DNA from: Candidatus Methylomirabilis sp.
Lineage (GTDB): Bacteria > Methylomirabilota > Methylomirabilia > Methylomirabilales > Methylomirabilaceae
DNA length: 32,825 nt
Direction of reading: 5' to 3'
Assembly: GCA_041498975.1 (NCBI GenBank)
Contig: JBGQJI010000009.1
Coordinates: forward strand, 1-32,825
The notes under the pieces are model-generated. The model was not told the DNA's origin. It saw only the letters and a list, made by a program, of their open reading frames with translations, and ran no database searches. The position numbers and the translations under genes are program-made. Below, piece after piece: positions 9,853 through 19,591 of the stretch; positions within the stretch are counted from its first letter, which is position 1; every line of letters begins with the position of its first letter.

Positions 9853-11181
9853 ATGGACGAACAGCTTCGCAGCAAGAACGACTTGGCGTGGCGCCTGTGG
9901 CCTCTGCGCTATAGCCTGATACTCTTGGCGGTCCTGTTTTTCGTCGTCTGCGGTTTCGTCTTTCTTCGTAGCGACCAGGTAAGTGATTGGCAGAACGTGT
10001 TCGTCCGCGCAGCCAAGCGGCTGCAGGCTCGCGAGCCGATCCACCGCACGGGGGATAACTACACATACCCACCCGCCATGGCTATGCTTTCGGCGCCGCT
10101 GGCGAGCTTGCCGCCGTTCCCGTCACTCTTTGCTTGGTACCTCGTCAACGTGGCGGCCGCGACGGTGGCGCTGATCTGCGCCTGGCGACTGGCAGGTGGT
10201 CCATCGTTGATCGGGCTTGCAGGACGCTGGCAGGCAAGCTTTTGGATAGGAATGGCGCTTGCCGGACGGTTCTTCATCGCACCCCTGGAAAACCGACAAT
10301 TCGACATGGTGATCGCGGCCCTCCTGTTCGCCGGCTGCTACCAACTGTGGCGAGGCCGCGACCTGACAGGAGCGGCTTGGCTTGGCGCGTCGGCGGCCAT
10401 GAAGTGCACTCCCCTGTTATTCGCGCCTTACCTGCTTTGGCGCGGGAAGCTCAAGGCCGTCTTCGTGCTCGTCGCGGTCGCTGCGAGCCTGAACGTACTG
10501 CCCGATCTGCTCTGGCCCCAGACGAGTGGCCGACTCTATCTGGCCGACTGGTACGTTAGCTATCTAGCGACGGTCGGCCGTTCCGCGCCCGGGAACTGGT
10601 TCAGCGATGTCCTGCTCAACCAGTCGCTGGCCGGGCTATTCAACCGCTTCATCAGACTTGGCCTGCCGCTGTGGGGCGAGCAACTGCGAATAGCGCGAGC
10701 TTCCATGCCGGACGGAGCACTGGGAGTCCTGAGACTCTTCGTCTATGGCAGCGGTCTTCTGCTTCTGGCCATCACAGCCTGGCGATTTGGTAAGCCCTGG
10801 ACCGCCGCCCCCACCCTGGACGCAGGCGAGTCCGGAACAGTCCCATGGGAAAAGCTGCAGACAGGAATAGAGTCGGCTGCCGTCGTCTGTCTCATGCTCT
10901 TGCTGAGCCCGATAAGCAGCAAGTCACACTACGTTGTCCTGCTGCTACCTTCGTTCATCCTCGCGCGGCTCGCCGTCGATTGCCGCCCGCCCTGGCTCAT
11001 GGGACTTCTTGTCGCGCTATTGATCACCGGCCCGCTGACCGCCAAAGGCCTCATCGGCAAAGAAGCCGGTGGTCTGGCCCTGGCCTGGGGATTTCCCACC
11101 TGGTTCGTTTTCTCTTCCCTTCTGGGCATTTGGGGGACGCTCGGAGCTGTCCGTATTCGGCAAGGTTCTTGCGCGAGATGA
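9853..11181 (+). CDS. GT87/DUF2029 family (GT-C) membrane glycosyltransferase
   Basis: RBS AGGAG. Motifs SDW..VF, YTYPP, ENRQFD, KCTP, LNQSLAG, LSPISSKSHY. Multi-pass membrane protein. Confidence 0.85.
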   Translation: MDEQLRSKNDLAWRLWPLRYSLILLAVLFFVVCGFVFLRSDQVSDWQNVFVRAAKRLQAREPIHRTGDNYTYPPAMAMLSAPLASLPPFPSLFAWYLVNVAAATVALICAWRLAGGPSLIGLAGRWQASFWIGMALAGRFFIAPLENRQFDMVIAALLFAGCYQLWRGRDLTGAAWLGASAAMKCTPLLFAPYLLWRGKLKAVFVLVAVAASLNVLPDLLWPQTSGRLYLADWYVSYLATVGRSAPGNWFSDVLLNQSLAGLFNRFIRLGLPLWGEQLRIARASMPDGALGVLRLFVYGSGLLLLAITAWRFGKPWTAAPTLDAGESGTVPWEKLQTGIESAAVVCLMLLLSPISSKSHYVVLLLPSFILARLAVDCRPPWLMGLLVALLITGPLTAKGLIGKEAGGLALAWGFPTWFVFSSLLGIWGTLGAVRIRQGSCAR

Positions 11182-11268
11182 CCTTCTCCGGGCTCTTCGC
11201 GAGTCGTCTGAGGAGACGGCGCGAGTCTCACCTGCGAGGAAAGGGGGTTCTCGCTACCGACCGATCTG

Positions 11269-12105
11269 TCACCGTCGGCCACCCCGCTTGCCGCCGCTAA
11301 ATCGGAGGCGCCAGACGAGATAGGCCGCCTCAAGCATCATCCGTCTAGACATCTTCGACATGCCTTTCTTGCGGCCATAAAAGATTATCGGGACCTCGGC
11401 GAGGCGTCCTCCGGATTTCCAGATACGATAGGCCATTTCAATAAGGAAACCATACCCACTGGCCTTCAGTTGGGAGAGGTCAGGGGCCTGGAGCGCCGAC
11501 CGCCGATAGCAGCGAAAGCCGGTCGTGATGTCTCGGATAGGCAGGCCGGTGACGGTTCGTGCGTAGCCGTTGGCCATCCAGCTCAGCAGGACCCGACCGA
11601 TCCCCCAATCGATGATCCTGACCCCGCCGATGTAGCGGGCCCCCAGGACAAGCTCGTAGTCTGATGCAGCCTGGAGGATAGCGGGGATGGCAGCGGGATC
11701 GTGGGAGAGATCGGCATCCATCTGCAGCACCCACGAGTAGTCCCCCTGGAGCGCCACGCGAAATCCTTCGGTGACGGCGCTGCCGTACCCGAGTTTCTTC
11801 TCCCGGTGGATTACCGAGACCTGCGGGAACGATTGCGCCAGCGCGTCGGCCACCTTGCCCGTGCCGTCGGGCGAAGCGTCGTCAACGAAAACGACGTCGA
11901 GGGGCAGCCCGAGACCCAGAAGCCGTTCTGTCAGCTCGGTGAGATTGTCGCGTTCGTTATAGGTGGGGATGATGACGATAGCCGATATGACGTTGTCTGC
12001 GTCGCAGGTCGTTCGGTGTCGAGAATTGACCCCCCCATCTCGTGGAGGGGAAGTGGGCACACAGGCCCGGCAGAGGAGCCACGCCCCCGTGATCAGCGTC
12101 TCCAA
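11269..12105 (-). CDS. Polyprenol monophosphomannose synthase-like GT2 (Ppm1/DPM1 type), start codon uncertain
   Basis: IIPTYNERDNL, VDDASPDGTG, QMDADLSHDP, GARY..G, RDITTGFRCY, GYGFLIEMAY, SKMS. The conserved domain begins near 11985. Confidence 0.88.
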   Translation of the reverse strand: METLITGAWLLCRACVPTSPPRDGGVNSRHRTTCDADNVISAIVIIPTYNERDNLTELTERLLGLGLPLDVVFVDDASPDGTGKVADALAQSFPQVSVIHREKKLGYGSAVTEGFRVALQGDYSWVLQMDADLSHDPAAIPAILQAASDYELVLGARYIGGVRIIDWGIGRVLLSWMANGYARTVTGLPIRDITTGFRCYRRSALQAPDLSQLKASGYGFLIEMAYRIWKSGGRLAEVPIIFYGRKKGMSKMSRRMMLEAAYLVWRLRFSGGKRGGRR

Positions 12106-12493
12106 TCGCGGAACATGGGTTCGGGCTGTCGGGCGGGCCGCACAGGATCTCGGGAATGTCCTCAGTTGAAAAAGGGAGGCAACTCTGGTAGCCTGACTGC
12201 GGTAGCCTCCAGGGAGGGCTTGAGGATAGCAATTCCAGCATCAGCAGAGCATACCGGAATATGGTCAATAGGGCAAACGGAAAGGCAGCGAAAACGTGCC
12301 ATGGGCTCGGGTTGAACGTCAAGCCTGTTGACCGCCCAGAGGGTGCCCAGAACGTGGGACGAGTCAGCGCGGATCTGTCGGCTGGCCGTAGGCAAGAGGC
12401 GCTGGAAGGCAGAATCGCCGACCAGGCTTGATGAGTAGGAAGCCCTCCGGTAGCGCAAAGGCTTGTGCAGCCGTTAAAGCGAGTTGAAACGAC

Positions 12494-12820
12494 ATGATAT
12501 TGCTGACCGCGGGCGACGCGAGCTCAGGATCGAGGCTGACGCTATCCTCGGGCTGATCACAAGATTGGACGACCTGGCGCAGAGCGCGGGATTCGTGAGA
12601 GCAGTTGAGATCCTCCGCGATTGCCGGTGCCGTGTGGCACTGACCGGCATGGGCAAGTCGGGGTCGATCGCCTTAAAGATCGCCTCAACCCTGGCCAGCA
12701 CCGGGACCCCCGCCTTCTTCCTCCACCCGGCGGAGGTAGGGCACGGCGACCTGGGGATGCTGGCCCAGCGCGACATGGTGGTCGCTCCGATGGCCGGGAC
12801 TACCGCCGCGCTGGCCATGG
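12494..12820 (+). pseudogene. kdsD: Partial, internally deleted duplicate of kdsD
   Basis: 63/66 nt identical to kdsD (12607-12672 vs 14072-14137). The ATG is 2 nt out of frame, 171 nt are deleted internally and the CBS domains are absent. Confidence 0.9.
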
Positions 12821-12920
12821 CCATCACGATCAGGGGGGCCCTGGGAGCAACGAACCAGAGGAAGAGATCATGTCAAGAAGCCCCGAGAAAGGGCAGAACG
12901 GCCTCTGGATGGAGACGGCG

Positions 12921-13979
12921 ATGAGCGCCTCAGGAATCGGCGAACCGCGAAAGATCCTTGTGATCAAGCTTCGTAACCTCGGGGGCGTGCTGATGAGCAC
13001 GCCCGTGTTGCCCTCGCTACGGGCGGCGTTTCCAGGCGCCTTTCTGTCTATGCTGGTCAATGCCGGCATGGAGGCGGTGCTCGCGGAGAACCCTCACCTC
13101 GACGAAGTGTGTGTCGTCAGGCGGAACGTCTCGCGACTGCGCCAGCTTCGATTCGCTCTGGCGCTGCGTCGCCGTCGCTTCGACCTCGTGATCGATCTGA
13201 CCGACGCGGACCTTGCGGCGGTCCTGGCCAGGGTCACCGGGGCAGCGATCAGGGTCGGCTTCAAGCGGGATGCCCGATGGCGCGGGTGCCTGTTCACCCA
13301 TGCGGTGCCGGTTCCACAGCAACCGATCCCGATGATCCGCCAGAACCTGATGGCCCTCGATGCGGTGGGTGTCCCGATTGTCGAATCGATGCCGCTGCTG
13401 GGAGTCCGGCCTGATGATGAGGAGGCGGCCGAGGCCGCGTTGGCCGAGATGGGGATTGAGGCGGGTGAGCCGTTTGTCGCCGTCCATCCAGGGGTGCGGT
13501 GCTGGTTTAAGAGGTGGCCGGCGAGGCGTTTCGCGGGCCTGATCGAGTCTATCCAGGGAGAGCCCGGGGTGAAGGCTGTGCTGCTCGGGGGAAATCGGGA
13601 GCGGCGGATCGCTGAGGTGATCCTCGGCCAGCTCGGGAATGGCCGCCGGTCCCTCGTCGGGCGCCTGTCGCTGCTGGAGCTCGTTGCGTTGCTGCGGCGG
13701 GCCACCCTCTTCGTCGGACACGACGGCGGCCCGATGCAGATGGCCGCCGCGATGGGCACGCCCGTGGTCGGCCTCTTCGGTCCCTCCGACCCGAGAGTCT
13801 GGGGTCCCCCCGGTCAGGGGCACGCGGTGGTCTACAAAGGGATCGACTGCCGGCCCTGTTACTCTGGCGGGTGCCGGCGAGGGAAGGAGAACTGCATGCG
13901 GCAGATCGAGTTGGACGAGGTGATCCCGCTGGTGGAGGAGAGGCTTGTGCAGGCGCTGAAGGAGGCCGGAAGGCCATGA
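12921..13979 (+). CDS. Glycosyltransferase family 9 (LPS heptosyltransferase-like), possibly catalytically degenerate
   Basis: GGAG RBS. Motifs RKILVIKLRNLGGVLMSTP, FDLVIDL, HPG..WFKRWP, LFVGHDGGPMQMAAA.GTPVVGLFGP, CRPC. Confidence 0.88.
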   Translation: MSASGIGEPRKILVIKLRNLGGVLMSTPVLPSLRAAFPGAFLSMLVNAGMEAVLAENPHLDEVCVVRRNVSRLRQLRFALALRRRRFDLVIDLTDADLAAVLARVTGAAIRVGFKRDARWRGCLFTHAVPVPQQPIPMIRQNLMALDAVGVPIVESMPLLGVRPDDEEAAEAALAEMGIEAGEPFVAVHPGVRCWFKRWPARRFAGLIESIQGEPGVKAVLLGGNRERRIAEVILGQLGNGRRSLVGRLSLLELVALLRRATLFVGHDGGPMQMAAAMGTPVVGLFGPSDPRVWGPPGQGHAVVYKGIDCRPCYSGGCRRGKENCMRQIELDEVIPLVEERLVQALKEAGRP

Positions 13980-14935
13980 TCGCCGATCGGGCAAGGCGTG
14001 TCCTCAGGATCGAAGCTGACGCGATCCTCGCGCTGATCCCGAGGCTGGATGAGCGTTTCGATCGGGCGGTCGAGATCCTCCGCGATTGCCGGGGCCGTGT
14101 GGCACTGACCGGCATGGGCAAGTCCGGCTCGATCGCCCAAAAGATCGCCTCCACTATGGCTAGCACCGGGACTCCCGCGTTCTTCCTCCACCCGGCCGAG
14201 GGGGGACACGGCGACCTGGGGATGCTCGTCAGGGGCGACGTCGTGGTCGCCGTCTCCAACAGCGGGGAGACGAATGAACTGATCGAGTTGCTCCCTGCGA
14301 TCAAGCGGCTCGGGCTGAAGCTGATCTCGTTGGTCGGCGACCCTTCTTCTACGCTCGCCAGGCAGAGCGACGTGGCGATCGACGTCAGCGTGGCGGCGGA
14401 GGCCTGTGAGATGGTGGTTGCCCCCACCGCCAGCACCACCGCTGCGCTCGCCATGGGCGATGCCTTGGCCGTCGCGCTGCTCGAGGAGCGCGGCTTCACG
14501 GAGCAGGACTTCGCCATGCTCCATCCGGCCGGAAGCCTGGGCCGGCGGCTCCTGTGGCGCGTGCTGGACCTTATGCATGTCGGGGAGCACATTCCCACGG
14601 TCTCCCAGGAAGCCCTGATGAGCGACGCCGTCGAGGAGATCTCCCGAAAGAAGCTGGGGATGACCGCGGTCGTGGACGGGACCGGCAAACTGACCGGGAT
14701 CATCACCGACGGCGACCTGAGGCGAGCCCTCCAGAAAAGAGGCGATCTGCTACAGCGCCGGGTCAAGGAGTGCATGACCCCCCACCCCAAGACCATAGAC
14801 AGGGAGGCGCTGGCGGCGAAGGCCCTCGAGATCATGGAACGAGTCTCGATCACCTCTCTGCTGGTCGTTGATCCCCAGGGGCGGCCGGAGGGCGTCCTCC
14901 ATCTGCACGACCTGCTGAAAGCCGGGGTGGTGTAA
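13976..14935 (+). CDS. kdsD: Arabinose-5-phosphate isomerase (KpsF/GutQ family, SIS plus 2 CBS)
   Basis: ATGA coupling. Motifs TGMGKSG, HPAEGGHGDLG, SNSGET, APTASTT, HPAGSLG, ITDGDLRR, LHLHDLL. Confidence 0.96.
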   Translation: MIADRARRVLRIEADAILALIPRLDERFDRAVEILRDCRGRVALTGMGKSGSIAQKIASTMASTGTPAFFLHPAEGGHGDLGMLVRGDVVVAVSNSGETNELIELLPAIKRLGLKLISLVGDPSSTLARQSDVAIDVSVAAEACEMVVAPTASTTAALAMGDALAVALLEERGFTEQDFAMLHPAGSLGRRLLWRVLDLMHVGEHIPTVSQEALMSDAVEEISRKKLGMTAVVDGTGKLTGIITDGDLRRALQKRGDLLQRRVKECMTPHPKTIDREALAAKALEIMERVSITSLLVVDPQGRPEGVLHLHDLLKAGVV

Positions 14936-14939
14936 TGCC

Positions 14940-15008
14940 GTGCGGGGTCCGGGGTGCGAAGTGCGCAGACCCGGGTTGTCCGCCCATCCTCGCACCTCGC
15001 ACCTCGCA
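14940..15008. repeat. Inverted pair of 7-nt tandem arrays (GTGCGRR / CCTCGCA)
   Basis: GTGCGGG GTCCGGG GTGCGAA GTGCGCA (14940-14967) and CCTCGCA x3 (14988-15008). Confidence 0.85.
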
Positions 15009-15031
15009 CATGATGAAGCCAGGAACTCCTG

Positions 15032-15589
15032 ATGTCGATTGACCCGAAGGTTCAAGAGAGGGCAAAGTCGGTCCGCATGATTATGATGGACGTCGATGGC
15101 GTCCTCACCGACGGGCGGATCCTGTACAGCACTGACGGGGCGGAGATCGAGTCGTTCTTCGTCAGGGATGGCCTGGGTCTCCGCGCGGCCCAGCGAGCAG
15201 GGCTGGTGACTGCCATCCTGACCGGGCGGGCCTCGGGGGCGGTTGCGCGTCGCGCCAAGGAGTTGGGGATACCCGAGATCCACATGGGGATCGAGAACAA
15301 GATGGAGGCATACGAGACGGTCCTGCGCCGCCACGGATTGACCGATGAGGCGGTCGCCTATCTCGGCGACGACGTGAACGACCTTCCCTTGCTCGCCCGC
15401 GTTGGCTTGTCGGTGGCGCCAGCCGATGCCGCCGACGAGGTGAAGGCAAGGGTCGCCTATGTGACGGCACGGGCAGGCGGCCGCGGCGCGGTGCGAGAGG
15501 CGATCGAGCTGATCCTGAAGGCCCAGGGAAGGTGGGAACGGGCGATGGAAGCCCCCGGGCCGCTTCCGGAAGGGGAGGCTTTTTCTTGA
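15032..15589 (+). CDS. kdsC: KDO8P phosphatase (HAD family)
   Basis: [36 protein letters not shown]. Confidence 0.95.
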   Translation: MSIDPKVQERAKSVRMIMMDVDGVLTDGRILYSTDGAEIESFFVRDGLGLRAAQRAGLVTAILTGRASGAVARRAKELGIPEIHMGIENKMEAYETVLRRHGLTDEAVAYLGDDVNDLPLLARVGLSVAPADAADEVKARVAYVTARAGGRGAVREAIELILKAQGRWERAMEAPGPLPEGEAFS

Positions 15590-15613
15590 CAAACGGGGAG
15601 AGTGTGTTAGAGT
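15586..15613 (+). promoter_or_regulatory. Putative sigma70 promoter for metK-ahcY
   Basis: TTGACA-16 nt-TAGAGT with an extended -10 TG. Confidence 0.6.
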
Positions 15614-15632
15614 CCCCGACCTAGACACCTGT

Positions 15633-15713
15633 GTTTCGAGTTTCGAGTTTGAAGTTTCGAGTTCTCCGTCGAATTTGACCCGCTACCCGAAACCCGAAAC
15701 CCGAAACCCGAAA
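15633..15713. repeat. Inverted pair of 7-nt tandem arrays (GTTTCGA / ACCCGAA) in the metK leader
   Basis: GTTTCGA GTTTCGA GTTTGAA GTTTCGA (15633-15660) and ACCCGCT ACCCGAA x4 (15678-15712), abutting the RBS GAGGAGG. Confidence 0.9.
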
Positions 15714-15728
15714 GAGGAGGACCGATTC

Positions 15729-16889
15729 ATGGCTTCAAAGCGCTACCTGTTCACCTCGGAATCGGTGACGGAAGGTCACCCGGACAAGATCGCCGACCAG
15801 ATCTCCGATGCCATACTTGACGCCATCTTCGCGCAGGACCCGTATGGCCGGGTGGCCTGTGAATCACTGGTAACGACGGGGCTGGCCTTCGTGGCCGGGG
15901 AGATCACGACCAAGTGCTATGTGGACATCCAGAAGGTGGTCCGCGAAACGATCCGGGACGTCGGCTATACGAGGGCCAAATACGGCTTCGACTACGAGAC
16001 CTGCGCCGTCATCAACGCGATTCAGGAGCAGTCGCCCGACATCGCGCTAGGGGTCGATATCCAGGGGGCGGGGGACCAGGGCCTGATGTTCGGCTATGGG
16101 ACGGACGAAACGTCCGAGCTGATGCCGATGCCGATCATGCTTGCCCACAAGCTGACGAGGCGCCTGGCCGAGGTCCGGCGCAAGGAGATTGTGGATTACC
16201 TCCGGCCTGATGGCAAATCGCAGGTGACGGTCGAATACGTCGATGGGAAGCCTAACCGCGTCGATACCGTGGTCATTGCCGCACAGCACAGCCCCGATGT
16301 CGCGTTGAAGCAGCTCCGGGAGGACATCATCGAAAAGGTGATCCTGCCGGTCCTCCCCAAGGATCTGGTCGACCTGGACCTGATCCACTACCACATCAAC
16401 CCGACCGGCCGCTTCGTCATCGGTGGGCCCCACGGGGACACCGGGCTGACCGGCCGCAAGATTATCGCGGACACCTACGGCGGAGTGGGAAGCCACGGCG
16501 GCGGCGCTTTCTCCGGAAAGGACCCGACAAAGGTGGACCGGTCCGCCTCGTACACCGCGAGGTATATCGCCAAGAATTTCGTGGCGGCCGGCCTGGCCAA
16601 GAAGTGCGAGGTCCAACTGGCCTACGCCATCGGCATCGCCGACCCGGTTTCGGTGCTGGTAGATACCAAGGGGACAGGGACAATCCCGGACGAGGAGTTG
16701 ATGAAGATGGTCCGCAAGCATTTCGAGTTGACCCCGGCCGGGATGATCAAGGCCCTCGATCTTCGTCGGCCGATCTACAAGCAGACGGCGGCCTACGGGC
16801 ACTTCGGGCGGAACGAACCCGGTTTCACCTGGGAGCAGACGGATAAGGCCGACGGGCTCAGACACGATGCCGGCCGGCTCGGCGCGTGA
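15729..16889 (+). CDS. metK: S-adenosylmethionine synthetase
   Basis: [52 protein letters not shown] at 15714-15720. Confidence 0.98.
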   Translation: MASKRYLFTSESVTEGHPDKIADQISDAILDAIFAQDPYGRVACESLVTTGLAFVAGEITTKCYVDIQKVVRETIRDVGYTRAKYGFDYETCAVINAIQEQSPDIALGVDIQGAGDQGLMFGYGTDETSELMPMPIMLAHKLTRRLAEVRRKEIVDYLRPDGKSQVTVEYVDGKPNRVDTVVIAAQHSPDVALKQLREDIIEKVILPVLPKDLVDLDLIHYHINPTGRFVIGGPHGDTGLTGRKIIADTYGGVGSHGGGAFSGKDPTKVDRSASYTARYIAKNFVAAGLAKKCEVQLAYAIGIADPVSVLVDTKGTGTIPDEELMKMVRKHFELTPAGMIKALDLRRPIYKQTAAYGHFGRNEPGFTWEQTDKADGLRHDAGRLGA

Positions 16890-16893
16890 AATA

Positions 16894-18266
<1,373 letters not shown>

Positions 18267-18267
18267 T

Positions 18268-18354
18268 GCGTTCGCAGTTCAGAGTTCGTAGTTCATAGAC
18301 AACAACTGCGCCATGGTTCGGACAGACCTGATCCCTGAATGCTGAATCCTGAAC
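18268..18354. repeat. Inverted pair of 7-nt tandem arrays between convergent ahcY and lptG
   Basis: GCGTTCG CAGTTCA GAGTTCG TAGTTCA (18268-18295) and CCTGATC CCTGAAT GCTGAAT CCTGAAC (18327-18354). Confidence 0.8.
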
Positions 18355-18362
18355 CGTTCTCG

Positions 18363-19436
18363 TCAGTTCTTGACCGTCAGGATCGAGCCGAGGCCGGCAG
18401 CGGCGAAGAGGGCATTGGGAAGCCAGGCCGCGACAAGCGGTGGCAGCACGCCTCCCCGGCCTAAAGCGATGCTGAGGGAGTGGAGGATCCAGTAACAGAC
18501 GCCTACCAGCACGCAAGTTCCCGTCCAGGCCATCGCACCTCCTTTCCCGGTTCGCAGGGCGAACGCGATCCCGATGAGCGCCATCACCAGGCTGACAAAT
18601 GCCGTGGAGCCCTTGGCGGCCAGGTCCACCTGGTACCGGAGGGAGTTCACGCCGCTTCTGATGAGCCTGCCGATATACTCCCGAAGTTCCGCTGAGTTCA
18701 TCTCCTCTGAATCCCTCACGACCTGGGCAAGGTCCGCCGGTTTTTCTTCCAGGTCGAGCGCCAGGCGCGTGAACGATTTCACCTGATACGTGCCGTCCGG
18801 CCGCGTCAGCGAGACGAAGCCGTCCTTGAGCCACCATCGACCGTCCTTCCATCGGGCCTCTTTTGCATCCACCCTGCGGATCAACTGAAAATCCGGCGAG
18901 AGTTCAAAGAGGGTGAAGCCCCTGACGAACCCCGAGGCGACCTCGATGAGCGAGATGTTCAGGAATCGATTGCCCTTGGCCCGGTACCAGATATCGTTTT
19001 CTCTCGTCCGCCGGAAGGCGGGGAGCTTCTTTACCTTGACCCGGTAGATGTTCAGCGCGCGCTCGTTCAGTCTGGGGATGATCGACTCGCTCAGGGCCAG
19101 GGCCACAAGGCTCGACAGGAGACTGAGGATCATGAGCGGCGTCACGATCCGCAAGGAGCTCAGTTGACCCATCTTCATGGCGAGCAGTTCGTTGTGGCGG
19201 GCCAGGTTCCCGAGGCTGATCAGCGCGGCCAGGAGAACGGCCACAGGCATGACCTGAAACCCGATCCAAGGCAGCCTGTAGAGGTAGTACCGGATGACCA
19301 CGTGGGCGGGAGCGTCGAGGAAGCCGGACAGGTGGTCGAACAGGTCGACGATCAGATAGACCGCAAAGAAGACGACCAGCGAGCAGCCGAAGACCCTGAG
19401 GAATTGTGTTGCGAGGTACCGGTCCAGGATTCGCAT
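18363..19436 (-). CDS. lptG: LPS export ABC transporter permease LptG
   Basis: MRILDRYL, NELLAMK.G, periplasmic beta-jellyroll region, PPLVAAWLPN. Confidence 0.9.
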   Translation of the reverse strand: MRILDRYLATQFLRVFGCSLVVFFAVYLIVDLFDHLSGFLDAPAHVVIRYYLYRLPWIGFQVMPVAVLLAALISLGNLARHNELLAMKMGQLSSLRIVTPLMILSLLSSLVALALSESIIPRLNERALNIYRVKVKKLPAFRRTRENDIWYRAKGNRFLNISLIEVASGFVRGFTLFELSPDFQLIRRVDAKEARWKDGRWWLKDGFVSLTRPDGTYQVKSFTRLALDLEEKPADLAQVVRDSEEMNSAELREYIGRLIRSGVNSLRYQVDLAAKGSTAFVSLVMALIGIAFALRTGKGGAMAWTGTCVLVGVCYWILHSLSIALGRGGVLPPLVAAWLPNALFAAAGLGSILTVKN

Positions 19437-19450
19437 ACGAGCGAGATGCT

Positions 19451-19591
19451 AGCTATCATCCTTCAGCCATCGGCGGTCGGCAAGAAATCAACAATGTGAT
19501 GTGCCCTACCTGCCCTTATCCTGGAGGCCACAGAAGTTTTCTCATATCGCTTTGTCTTTGGCTGTGAGCTGGCCGCCATTCGCTGAGCGCT
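19451..19591. repeat. Degenerate inverted pair of 7-nt arrays, with the second arm inside the lptF 3' end
   Basis: AGCTATC ATCCTTC AGCCATC GGCGGTC (19451-19478) and GCTGTGA GCTGGCC GCCATTC GCTGAGC (19561-19588). Confidence 0.55.

Noticed and set aside
12621..12920. Long N-terminal extension of GT9 (452-aa ORF)
   Set aside because: It is an alternative frame of the kdsD remnant. The RBS and domain start support ATG 12921.
13549..15009. Long antisense ORFs (also 2113-3165, 26207-27661, 27693-29045, 25104-26234)
   Set aside because: Shadow ORFs of high-GC coding genes with no recognisable motifs.
15614..15728. SAM riboswitch upstream of metK
   Set aside because: No recognisable SAM-I/II core, and the leader is occupied by heptamer arrays. 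An Rfam scan was not run.
15675..15728. N-terminal extension of MetK ([13 protein letters not shown]) in the ORF track
   Set aside because: It is a translation of the ACCCGAA array. A strong RBS supports ATG 15729.
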